Shown here piece by piece: positions 1 to 10,047 of a stretch of 34,236 nt of DNA. The notes under the pieces were generated by a model. It had not been told where the DNA came from and searched no databases. It saw nothing but the letters and a program-made list of their open reading frames with translations. The DNA is from Octopus bimaculoides. Lineage: Eukaryota. Made by a program: the position numbers and the translations under genes. The DNA lies in the NCBI RefSeq assembly GCF_001194135.2, contig NC_068981.1, forward strand, positions 155,983,504 through 156,017,739, written 5' to 3'. How positions within the stretch are numbered: the first letter of the stretch is position 1; every line of letters begins with the position of its first letter.

Positions 1-90
1 TATATTTACTCCTTTGGCTGATTAAGCGATGTAAAGCGTATTTAATCTCCATACCTTCGTTTTATTTGCTTTTTTCATTTTAAATTTGCT

Positions 91-130
91 TTAACCCTAA
101 CCCTAACCGTAGGGTTAGGGTTAGGGTTAA
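91..130. repeat. 40-bp palindrome of head-to-head telomere-type repeats (CCCTAA)n/(TTAGGG)n, embedded in a probable dispersed repeat
   Basis: TTAACCCTAACCCTAACC-GTAG-GGTTAGGGTTAGGGTTAA: 91-108 is the exact reverse complement of 113-130, with one central mismatch. Confidence 0.95.
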
Positions 131-752
131 TTGTTTCAGAATCGTTTGTTTATGTAGTCGGCACTTAATGTATATCGGCTGAATGGACGTCAGTGATTGG
201 TTGAAATTACAGAAATACGACAGCTTTAACATGGAATAACTTATGGATTTCTTTTTTTTTTAAGAAGACTAAGAGAAAAAGATGTTTTATATGACACATT
301 CTACCAGTGTTCCAAGTTTCAAAGTGTTTCGTTAATGAAAAATGTGGCCCCCGTTTTAAAAAAGATCCCAATAAAGATGGGGTTGCCTCTGAAAGTTTTC
401 TCTTTACTACGACGTCCGTTTTGGAGTAGAGAGACTGCAATAACATCAACGACAATACAATGTCCATCAACAGACTTCAGTGAAACAACATACCAAGCAA
501 TAGTGGAAACAATGAGAACAGCAACATCACTATAACAACTTAAATTGGTTAAATACAGCAGAATCAACAAACATCACCAAATTGAGTACTGCTCTCACTA
601 AGGCATCCGACAACTGTACAGCAATAACGATAACAACAACAACGACAACATCAACAACAGTGACTTCGTCGCCACCACTGTCACCATGACTTTTGTTATT
701 GATGTTGACGTTATTAATCACGAATATTGCGTTGTATGTAAGAGAGAAATAT

Positions 753-1187
753 ATTGATGCGAGGTGCGGCAGAAAAATTACCAACATTCATGTAAGGTGC
801 GGCAGGAAAATCTCCCACACTGATGCGAGGTGTGGCAGAAAAACCTCCCATATTCATGTAAGGTGAGGCAGAAAAACCTCCCATATTCATGGAAGGTGCG
901 GCAGAAAAACCTCGCACATTGATGGAAGGTGCTGCAGAAAAACCACCCGCATTGATGCGAGGTGCGGCAGAAAAATCTCTGACAATGCTGCAAGGTGCGG
1001 CAGAAAAAACTCCCACATTAATGAAAGGTGCGACAGAAAAACCTCACACATTGATGCGAGGTGCGGCAGAAAAAGCTCACACAGTCATGTGAGATGCGGC
1101 AGAAAAACCTTCCATATTGATGCAAGGTTCGGCAGAAAAACCTCCCACATTCATGTAAGGTACGGCAGAAAAACCTCCCACATTGAA
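753..1187 (+). repeat. 33-bp minisatellite, about 13 diverged copies (consensus about ATTGATGCGAGGTGCGGCAGAAAAACCTCCCAC)
   Basis: GCGGCAGAAAAA recurs every 33 nt; translations show an 11-aa period (e.g. MEGAAEKPRTL). Confidence 0.95.
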
Positions 1188-1622
1188 GCAATATCATAGA
1201 AATATTATAGCAAAAGCACCTCCTGATCGTTGGAACTCCGTTATTAATTTAGTCAAGTGTGTGTGTATTATTATTATTTATACTTNNNNNNNNNNNNNNN
1301 NNNNNNNNNNNNNNNNNNNNNNNNNNNNNNNNNNNNNNNNNNNNNNNNNNNNNNNNNNNNNNNNNNNNNNNNNNNNNNNNNNNNNNNNNNNNNNNNNNNN
1401 NNNNNNNNNNNNNNNNNNNNNNNNNNNNNNNNNNNNNNNNNNNNNNNNNNNNNNNNNNNNNNNNNNNNNNNNNNNNNNNNNNNNNNNNNNNNNNNNNNNN
1501 NNNNNNNNNNNNNNNNNNNNNNNNNNNNNNNNNNNNNNNNNNNNNNNNNNNNNNNNNNNNNNNNNNNNNNNNNNNNNNNNNNNNNNNNNNNNNNNNNNNN
1601 NNNNNNNNNNNNNNNNNNNNNN

Positions 1623-1903
1623 TTTTCTGCCGCACATTCCATCAATGTGGGAGGTTTTTCTGCCGCACCTCGCATCAATGTGGGAGATGTATCTGCCGCA
1701 CCTTCCATCAATGTGGGAGGTTTTTCTGCCGCACCTTTTATCAATGTGGGAGGTTTTTCTCCCGCACCTTGCATTAATGTGGGAGGTTTTTCTGTCGCAT
1801 TTTAAATCAATGTGGGACGTGTTTCTGTCGCACCTTTTATCAATGTGGGAGGTTTTTCTGCCGCACCTTCCATCAATGTAGGAGGTTTTTCTGCCTACCT
1901 TCC
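1623..1903 (-). repeat. Same 33-bp minisatellite in inverted orientation, about 8.5 copies
   Basis: Units read TTTTTCTGCCGCACCTTCCATCAATGTGGGAGG, the reverse complement of the 753-1187 unit. Confidence 0.95.
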
Positions 1904-1996
1904 CCACATTGATGCGAGGTGCTGCAGAAAAACCTCCCACATTCATGTAATTTGCGGCAGAAAAACGTCCCACATTCATTTAAGTTGCGGCAGAAA
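1903..1996 (+). repeat. 33-bp minisatellite back in forward orientation, about 3 copies
   Basis: CCCACATTGATGCGAGGTGCTGCAGAAAAACC directly follows the minus-orientation array. Confidence 0.9.
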
Positions 1997-1998
1997 TA

Positions 1999-2090
1999 GG
2001 TCTTACAGCTGTTTCCGGGATATATAAAATATTCCGGAAACAGCTGTAAGACCTTCTATTTATAAATGTTCTGAAATCTTTCCCAGCCTT
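1999..2090 (+). mobile_element. Fold-back hairpin carrying the 3' half of a hammerhead-like motif; same repeat family as 29002-29085 (Penelope-like/retrozyme-like end)
   Basis: Perfect 20-bp inverted repeat 1999-2018/2034-2053. GGAAACAGCTGTAAGACCTTCTATTTATAAATGTTCTGAAATCTTTCCCAGCCTTG aligns by eye with TGAAACAGCTGTAAGACTACCCTTCTCTTTATAAAATGTACAAGAAATTTCACACTGCCTTG at 29022-29083. Confidence 0.6.
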
Positions 2091-2268
2091 GTATTTTTAT
2101 CGCATTCTGAAATTTTTTTTATATATACACATGCTGATATATGGCCTATGTTGGACTCCTCATTCGCATAATCACCGAAGTTGGAGCTTAACTATAGTCT
2201 ATCCATAGCACTTACTCAACATTACTTGACACCTTTGGGTTTTATTGGCACCATTAACTCTCATAACC

Positions 2269-2401
<133 letters not shown>

Positions 2402-2472
2402 GAGAGATACACATATATATAATAAGTGGCTCTCAACCTTCGCTAAAGTATACCATAGTGCATTGACTAGAA

Positions 2473-2719
2473 CACTGGTTCTCAACAAGGTTTCATTTGG
2501 CCCTTATAGGTCTATATAAGATTTTGTTGTTAAAATTTATGCGCAATAAATTGGTCATACTTCTACAATGCACAAAATATTTTTTATACAATTCTTAATA
2601 ATATTTAATCATAAAATGTAATAGGAGTTTTTATAGACCGAATTGCTATGAGGGTCCCCTATCCGAGTAAAATAGGAATCAAAGGGGTCTATAGATAAAA
2701 AAATGCTCGAGAACCACTG
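2473..2719. mobile_element. hAT (Charlie-like) MITE, 247 bp
   Basis: TIRs CACTGGTTCTCAAC and CTCGAGAACCACTG; 8-bp flanking duplication GACTAGAA (2465-2472) / GACTATAA (2720-2727), 7/8 match. Confidence 0.8.
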
Positions 2720-3445
2720 GACTATAAGCAGCCTTACTATTATAAATACACTTGCCAACAAAGAAGGTAATGCTATGTACGTTAAAATAGTTAGATAGAG
2801 GCAAGGGACAAACTGTTTGTTTTTCTTTTACAAATATTGATATTTGAAATTAATATTTAAAATGTGTTGCAACTGATTATCGATTAAAACTTAATTTCAA
2901 AAGTGTAACGGCTGGTTGTCAGCCCCCAACTAAATTATATTTTAGTGTTTCGAATGGAATTAGCAATTCTTGGCAGCAGTCTAAATCAGTTATTAAACAT
3001 ATTAGGTAACTAGTACAATTTCTTAGCACTAGTCATACCATGTTGTAAACACAGCAAGTAACAAGGTAGTAAGTAACACTGAATATTTGATTATTCTCGC
3101 AAAAGGGAGAACAAATATATCTTCACAAACATTGATTTTCAAATCAAAATTAAAAATAGGTGTTGTAATTGAGTATCGATTAAAACATATTTTTTTAAGG
3201 TGATTGCCAGCTTTTACTCGTTATAATCGCAATGGGTAACAAGGAACTTAATGCAACGTTGGTTACATATTTTTAAAGATGAGGCGAAAATATTTGCATA
3301 CGTGCTACTTTGCGGCGTGCATACCACATGACGAAAGCAGTTCAAACCGTAGAAGGAGTGTGCTGAGGTTAGTAGTAACGTAGTTGTTGGTGCGCTGGCA
3401 CGTTGAGTATTGCATCAATCCGTATGTAATTTGAAAGCCGCACGG

Positions 3446-4115
3446 ATGAATGTGCATCGTAGTTTAATTTGGGAACTTATGTTTTACGAGTTTGAACTGC
3501 ACCATAACTCCGCGGAAGTAACCAAAAACATTTGTTGTGCGAAAGGTAAAGGTGAAGGTGCAGATGATCACAACACAGTAACCAGATGGTTAAAGAAATT
3601 TCGCTAGGGTTAAAACAATCTCAACAATCAGTCAAGGTCAGGAAGACCGAAAACCGTGGATTCTGAAGAGTGCTCCGAGCCATAGATCCAAATTCGGCAG
3701 GTAACACTCGGAGAGCATCAAGCGAACTCAGCATCTCACGGGTGTGTGCCATTGTGTGCAAAAATACCTGGCATTGGTTAACAGAAAGTGAGCTCTTCTA
3801 CAGCAACACAATGCAAGACCTCACGCCACTCGAACAACTCGGAATAAACACCAGAAACTTGTAAGGATTGAACTGATGCCAAACCCAGCATATAGTCCGG
3901 ACCTGGCTTCCTCGGATTATTATTTGTTCCGATTTATGGCTCACTTCCTGTGCTCGTTACACTTTACCAGCCAAGAGAAGATCAGTGATGGAGTGTTTTT
4001 GCCTCGAAGGACAAGAACTGGTATCAGGGTGGAATCAAAGAACTGGCAGAAAGGTGGCTTCAGACGGTGCAACATGATGGCCTCTATTTTGAAAGCTAGG
4101 CTGCTTTTGTTATAA
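3446..4115 (+). pseudogene. Decayed, internally deleted mariner transposase
   Basis: N-terminal HTH-like LMFYEFELHHNSAEVTKNIC...TVTRWLKKFR*G...RSGRPKTVD, then directly LLQQHNARPH...PNPAYSPDLASSDYYLFRFMAHFL. These match the mariner (D)NARPH and YSPDL motifs. Stops and frameshifts are present. Confidence 0.88.
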
Positions 4116-4320
4116 CTTGACGTATAAAACAAATAATTTACCAAAATATTGCAAGACTTTTGACTCGACACAATAGTTTCAAAAATATTGATACATGAAA
4201 TTTTTTTAAATGTCACAATTAAACATCGATTTAAGTTTATTTCATATTTTTCCATAAAAACAATGTTTAATTCTTTGTTGTTCAGTTGTATTTTCTGCAC
4301 ACGGGTAAAATGGGGGTGCA

Positions 4321-4452
4321 TATATGTATATATATACATATATATATACACACACACACACANNNNNNNNNNNNNNNNNNNNNNNNNNNNNNNNNNNNNN
4401 NNNNNNNNNNNNNNNNNNNNNNNNNNNNNNNNNNNNNNNNNNNNNNNNNNNN

Positions 4453-4490
<38 letters not shown>

Positions 4491-5128
4491 CATATATATA
4501 TACACACACACACACAGATGTACGTGTGTGTATGTGTGTGTGCATGCGCACTTTTGGAATTGCCATAACGTAAATATATGAAGAATTAATCTCGCATTTA
4601 TTGCTTTTAATAAATTTCTTTCCTATATTATTCCACAAAGCCGCACGTTGGAGCGACGATGTGAAACGCTTTGCCTGATACAACTCAAAGAGCCAGATTT
4701 TATGGAAAAATTCAATATGATTTCATTAGAATCTTGCCCGTACTATCTAAGTACATCGCAAGTGCACGTTATTACCTTCGTTGGTTTTCTTCATCCTTTC
4801 CAGAGAGATACGTACCGAAGCAGCATGTCACATGCTCTTGACATTCAGAGAGAAGGAAAAGATGAGATAAAGTGTGAAAGATGTACCAGAAAGAAACACA
4901 TGTGCATTGTATAAGACACGTTGTATACATCCGCATGAGGATGTATTTATGTTGTTAAGTTCATGCGTGTATTATTGGTGCATACATGAATGTATGAACG
5001 TATGAATGTATGTATATAGGTATGTATGTTTGCATGTACATAAACATCCTCTTACTATACATACAAACATATATATATATATATATATATTTATATATGT
5101 GTGTATACATATATATATATATATGTAC

Positions 5129-5159
<31 letters not shown>

Positions 5160-5596
5160 CACGCACACGCACACACACACATGCACACACACGTATATAT
5201 ATATATATATATATATATATNNNNNNNNNNNNNNNNNNNNNNNNNNNNNNNNNNNNNNNNNNNNNNNNNNNNNNNNNNNNNNNNNNNNNNNNNNNNNNNN
5301 NNNNNNNNNNNNNNNNNNNNATTTATATATATATCAAGAGAGACTCGGGGAGAGAGAAGAGTGTGTATGTGTGTGTGCATTGTTTTCTAAGGAAATTCTA
5401 TTGAGTTGGTGTGTAAGGACATGGTAGTAAAATAAGATAAGATAGAAAGATAAGTATGTGCGGACGGAGATACACGTGTGATTGTATGCTTATATACGCA
5501 TGCGTGTAACCATAAGCGCATGTATGTATGCATACGACATGCGCCTATGTGTAAGTAAATGTGTGTATGTGTGCGTGAACGTGTGCATGTGTGTGT

Positions 5597-5656
<60 letters not shown>

Positions 5657-5670
5657 NNNNNNNNNNNNNN

Positions 5671-5735
<65 letters not shown>
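4321..5735. repeat. Cluster of (TA)n, (CA)n, (TG)n and (TACA)n microsatellites interrupted by three assembly gaps
   Basis: Read directly; gaps at 4363-4451, 5221-5320 and 5657-5670. Confidence 0.9.
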
Positions 5736-5736
<1 letters not shown>

Positions 5737-5816
5737 ATTACTCTTAAATTCCCTGTTCCGACTTCTACCAAACAAAATCTGTGATGTCAAATAAATGAAA
5801 TGACTAAATATAATTT

Positions 5817-6035
5817 GACGGTAATGCTGACAGAATAGTTAGCACGTCGGACAAAATGTTCAACAGCATTTCTTTCGGTTCCTTAAGTTCTGAGCTCAAA
5901 TTCGGCCGGGATCTAACTTGCCTTTCATTCTTTCGGGTTCGATACAATAAAGTACCAGTTGAGCTACTGTGTTCGGTGTTATCGACTTACCCACTCCCCT
6001 TAAAATTGTTAACTTCGTGCTAAAATTTAAAACAA
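5817..6035 (+). mobile_element. tRNA-derived SINE, family B (diverged copy)
   Basis: GCTGACAGAATAGTTAGCACGTCGG...GTTCTGAGCTCAAATTC...CCTTTCATTCTTTCGGG...AAGTACCAGTTGAGC aligns with the 24323-24536 copy. Confidence 0.85.
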
Positions 6036-6039
6036 ATAT

Positions 6040-6958
6040 TCCTCGTTTCCTTATGACTCTCCATAAACTTTACCCACTCCTTACCGTCGTCATCCTCTGC
6101 ATCAAATTCACCCTACCCTCTACACAAGAAGTACTCAACGTGTGCAGTCCCGCCTCCAACGTGTGCATCGCCCTTTCTTATATACCACCAGCTACATCCA
6201 CAACACCCTCTCCGCCACACTACTCTGTACATCAACATCATCCAATCCTCTCCACTAACGCCATTCTATCCTCTACACCAAACAACCTATCCTCCACACC
6301 ACCCTATCCTCTACGCTACTCTACACTAATAGTATCTTAACCACTACACCAACACCATCTTATCTTCAACACCAACACCACCCTATTTGTTACATCAACT
6401 TTTATACCAGTCACATCCTTTATGCCAGGGGTTCTCAACCATTTTTTACCAACGGACCCCTTTGGCTACTATTTTATTTTGGTGGGCTTCCATAGTCATT
6501 TGGTGTTTAAAAACTAGTTTTGTAGAAACTTCTTTCAAATACCTATTAACTTACATAGATTGAACTATGTAAAATGTTAGAGAAAGAAACCCAGCTGTTT
6601 CTTGCAATACATACCAATACATAAATCTAAAGCAAAACTTTTTAAAGGGCTCCTAATATACTGTTGTTGATCCCCAATTTACTATTCTGTTGCATGGACC
6701 CTGCCACCAAATTCTATATGGATCCTCAGGGGCCATATGGGCCCCGGTTGAGAACCAGTACTTTATACCATACTAGATTAGTGTCTTCTTCACCAATCAC
6801 TATACTAACACCACTTTCACTTTCCTGTTAACATCTGCACTAAACCAACCCTACCCTCTACATCAATCTCTAAAACAAGTTCACCTTCTCCTCTGCACCA
6901 GCTTCTATGTCTATACTGTACACAACTCTCTACAATAATCTCATCCTATCCTCTAGAC
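6040..6958. repeat. Degenerate C/A/T-rich low-complexity repeat (CTCTACACCAAC.../CCTATC motifs), interrupted by a MITE
   Basis: Recurrent CTCTACAC, CTACACCAA and CCTATCCTC motifs on both sides of 6426-6760; strongly G-poor. Confidence 0.6.
6426..6760. mobile_element. hAT (Charlie-like) MITE, 335 bp
   Basis: TIRs CAGGGGTTCTCAACC (6426-6440) and GGTTGAGAACCAGTA (6746-6760); 8-bp TSD CTTTATGC (6418-6425) / CTTTATAC (6761-6768). Confidence 0.82.
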
Positions 6959-7050
6959 CAGGGTTCAGTAAACTTTTTGTGGGATAGACTTGGAAATGTG
7001 TTGTGTAATTTCAGGCCAAAGCAAATAATAAATGAAACAATGATCATGTA
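6959..7050 (+). mobile_element. Possible left end of another hAT/Charlie element
   Basis: CAGGGTTCAGTAAACTTTTT is preceded by CTCTAGAC, a Charlie-type NTCTAGAN target. No partner TIR found; right boundary is approximate. Confidence 0.35.
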
Positions 7051-7151
7051 AGGCTATAGAATCAGATATTTTGTCTTAATTATTTAAATGTTTTTCATTA
7101 TAGGAGTACAACCATACAGAAACTTCCATGTACCAGCAATAGTAAAAATGA

Positions 7152-7746
7152 AAACAAAAAAGGCATCGGAGAGGCGATGCATACCTTGCGCGCAGATAAA
7201 TTTTTTGCAAATTATAGTGCGGCTTACAATGCAGTGCTAACCCATGCTTTTTAATTGAACTGAATTTTTTTTTTTTTTTTTCAAGTATCACCCTTTTTAA
7301 ATATCACCATTATAGGTATTTACACGCCGGTGAAATCAAGAAATCAACTTGTAAATAAACGAAATCTTTGAATCCATCAGTATACAGACGCACACACGCA
7401 CAGATTCGCATATTTATGTATGTATGTACCAACACGTGTCTATGCGCATAGGTACACCATGATCTATACACACGCAGACGAGGGTCGATTCATGTGAAAA
7501 AGAAAGTGAACAAGATAATATGACCACTTGCTTATCGGTTAATTTGTAAGTTCCTTTTTTTAATTTTTTTTTTTAAAGATAATCAAACCAAATGTTCATC
7601 ATTTCGAGCCACTCAGCCAATGAGTATTTCTGCTAAATGTGATGAAAATCCGTTCAGCCGTTTTCCAATAATATTGCAAACACACAGACAAACAGGCAAA
7701 GACGAGTGATTACAATACCCTGTTTTCGCTTACGCGCACACGATAA
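7152..7746. mobile_element. Possible non-autonomous Helentron/DINE-1-like element
   Basis: Starts AAAACAAAAAAGGCATCGGAGAGGCGATGCA and ends GATGAAAATCCGTTCAGCCGTTTT...ACAGACAAACA...AATACCC...GCGCACACGATAA. The layout resembles 33191-33560, but the terminal hairpin is degraded. Confidence 0.35.
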
Positions 7747-7888
7747 CTATGATATTCTTTTAAAAGGTAAAAAAAAACAATATTGTCAAACTGAGTTTCA
7801 AGTTTTATGGTCACTATAATCAAAAACCAATTACACGTGGCATTCAGTTAACGCTGACCTATAATTGGATTTAATATATTGCAACTTC

Positions 7889-8295
7889 AAGGCTGCTGGC
7901 TGACAGAACTGTTAGCACGCCGGGTAAAATGCTTACCGGCATTTTGTCTGCCATTATGTTCTGAGTTCAAATTATATTGACTAGGATCAATATAATCGTC
8001 TTACTTTCTCTCCCAAAATTGCTGGCCTTCTGCCAAAATTTGAAATCAATATATTTCATCTTTAAGGCGGTGATCTGGCAGAATCGTTAGCACGCCGGAC
8101 AGAATCTTAGTGACATTTCGTCCGACTTTTCGTTCTGAATTCATATTTCGCCGAGGTTGACTTTGCCTTGACTTTGGGGTCAATAAAATCAGTGCCAGTT
8201 GAACACTAGGGTAGATAAAATCGTCTTATCCACCTTCTCGCCCCCGAAATTGCTGGTCGTGTGCCAAAAAATTGAAATCAATATATTTCATCTTT
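7889..8295 (+). mobile_element. Head-to-tail dimer of family B SINEs (first copy internally deleted)
   Basis: Two heads (GCTGACAGAACTGTTAGCACGCCGG; TCTGGCAGAATCGTTAGCACGCCGG). A 23-bp direct repeat TGAAATCAATATATTTCATCTTT at 8041-8063 and 8273-8295 brackets the second copy. Confidence 0.85.
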
Positions 8296-9099
8296 GAAAT
8301 AGTTTTTGCTTTTTTCATATACATAGGTTGTACAAAATGTTGGAACATATCCTCAAGTAAATGATTTTAAAGGCGTACAGCCTCCGTTTGAGAGGCATTG
8401 TATATAAGTCAATCAAGTTTTCCTACTTGCACTGGTTTTTTAGCATGTTATTTGATTACAAGTCAATAATTTCCAAGTTAAGATCTGATGAAAATTCCCC
8501 AATAATGCTGTCAGAAGGATTTTGAACGATCTTCAATATTTTCACATTCCCATCTAGATCTGAAAAACGCTGATGAAAACTGAAGCAGACTAGAGAGCTT
8601 GTCTTGAATTTGAAACGATATAAAGAATTTACTTCTTGGTTATGCTTTTTCATAGCAAAGAAAGTGATTGAAGTTATTTATCATAAGCTGTAAGTAAAGA
8701 AAGAGACATAACCAACAATACGACAAGGCGAAATAATATGTTCATGCACTGCAGTTACAGAGAAAATCGAGTACTTTCTCAGATCTACTCATATAACAAT
8801 ATCGAAATAACAATATCGAAATGACATAAGCAAATGACATGGGAAACATGCATACTGAAAAAGAAAATAAGAGAAAATATTCTCCAATCCTTAAAGGAAT
8901 CAATAACGGGATGACATAACCGTAAAATATTGAAAAATGATTGCTATACAATATGAAAAAAAAACGTATCCGAAATCAATGAAGGTCTGAAAGAAGGATT
9001 TCAAAGAATACTGAGGTATGAAAAGCGAAAATGCAAAATAACTTATTAATAATATGGATAAAAATAAAATAGTAATCAGTATAAAATAAGTAAATAATT

Positions 9100-9560
9100 T
9101 TAGAAGGACTATAAGCGTGAAGGCACCACTGGAACTAAACAATCGTAAGTGGCCATAGCAATACTCAATGTGCAAAATATACAAAGGGGAAAACACTTGA
9201 ACATGATAAGAACCTAAACATCTGGTTAAACCAACGACACATATGACACTAGCAGAGATTTTTAATAATATAATGTAGGGGCTGCAGGCAATACTAGACT
9301 AACTGTATGGAAGGAAAACCATTGTAGACCCCCAAACAAGAGTAAAGATAAACCCTAAAAACCACAGATCCATAACATGTCTTTCTACTTCTTATAAAGC
9401 CTTAATTGTTTATCGTAGAGAATAAAATGATATAAAAAAAATTTCTGGAAAACCTGATAGTATGCTGCAAAGGATTTTATGGCCGTAAAGATCAATTGCA
9501 GGGACTGCGCATGGTATGGATTACTGTCAGAAGGCTCTTGACAGAATTTGGTGTTTGTCA
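9100..9560 (+). pseudogene. Ancient non-LTR retrotransposon RT fragment, R4/Dong-like
   Basis: PKNHRSITCLSTSYKAL from 9354 (cf. NYRPITCLxTxYK), CCKGFYGRKDQL at 9463-9498 (cf. QxGC..G..GCKDQL), then MDYCQKALDR (cf. IDYKKAFDS). Frameshifts lie between the blocks. Confidence 0.7.
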
Positions 9561-9593
9561 AGTGTAGTTTGATGAAAACTCACAAAATTTAGG

Positions 9594-9725
9594 ACCCCCA
9601 GCAGAGCAATCCACAACAGCGACTATCACATGTGATATATCACAGTTCTTGTCATCTCTAGATCTGGCTACTGTGAGATTCTAATTAATCTAAATCAGTC
9701 TAGAGCGTACAACAAGGTTTTCCAT
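9594..9725 (+). pseudogene. Short RT fragment resembling L1/Tx1 clade
   Basis: ILINLNQSRAYNKVFH at 9678-9725 (cf. LISLDQxKAFDRVxH), preceded by PSRAIHNSDYHM*YI (cf. PGRxIxDNLHLxR). Confidence 0.45.
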
Positions 9726-9874
9726 GACAAAGTTAGGGCTTGGAATCTTCCAAACAGACGCATGACATGCCACTTAGTCGAATTAGCCCTTCATTTACTC
9801 CACAAATGTTTTGTCGTCAAAGTTGCACTTCTCTGTATCACATGTTTCAACTTAATTGTACTAGATATACAAAC

Positions 9875-10013
9875 TCATCATCATCCTCATCGTTTAACGT
9901 CGGCTTTCTATGCTAGCATGGGTTGGACGATTTGACTGAGGACTCGTGAACCAGGTGTCTACACCAGGCTCCAATCTGATTTGGCAGGATTTCTACAGCT
10001 GGATGCCCTTCCT
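9875..10013 (-). mobile_element. 3' fragment of a SINE/LINE with a (GAT)n-type tail (RTE-like tail)
   Basis: TCATCATCATCCTCATCGTTTAACGTCGGCTTTCTATGCTAGCATGGGTTGG...GGATGCCCTTCCT. Recognised as a common dispersed repeat from memory, not searched. Confidence 0.55.
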
Positions 10014-10018
10014 AAAAT

Positions 10019-10047
10019 CCCGAGCAGCGCCGGGTATGTCTGCTAGT
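10019..10047 (+). mobile_element. Helitron-type 3' terminus
   Basis: GC-rich hairpin CCCG-AGCAGCGC-CGGG (10019-10034), 8-nt spacer, CTAG (10043-10046), followed by T. Confidence 0.55.

Noticed and set aside
335-535. 66-aa Thr/Ser-rich ORF
   Set aside because: It grades into ACA-rich low-complexity sequence, with no homology recognised.
753-1996. 33-bp repeats as a CRISPR array or as a repetitive protein (GAAEKP/MWEVFLPH ORFs)
   Set aside because: Units are contiguous with no unique spacers and no cas genes, in a eukaryotic context. ORFs appear in several frames on both strands with scattered stops, as expected of a 3n minisatellite.
4648-4914. 88-aa ORF with a strong internal acceptor (TTCATCCTTTCCAG|4804)
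   Set aside because: No convincing donor and no recognisable protein; not supportable without RNA data.
4188-5794. Many 60-230 aa ORFs (YIYI, CVCV, HTHT, poly-X), here and at 1183-1979, 12841-13190, 13940-14355, 17657-18356, 22121-22382
   Set aside because: They are translations of microsatellites or N-gaps.
8565-8635. CTGATGA...GAAAC spaced like a hammerhead
   Set aside because: The intervening sequence gives no continuous stem II, and stems I and III are absent.
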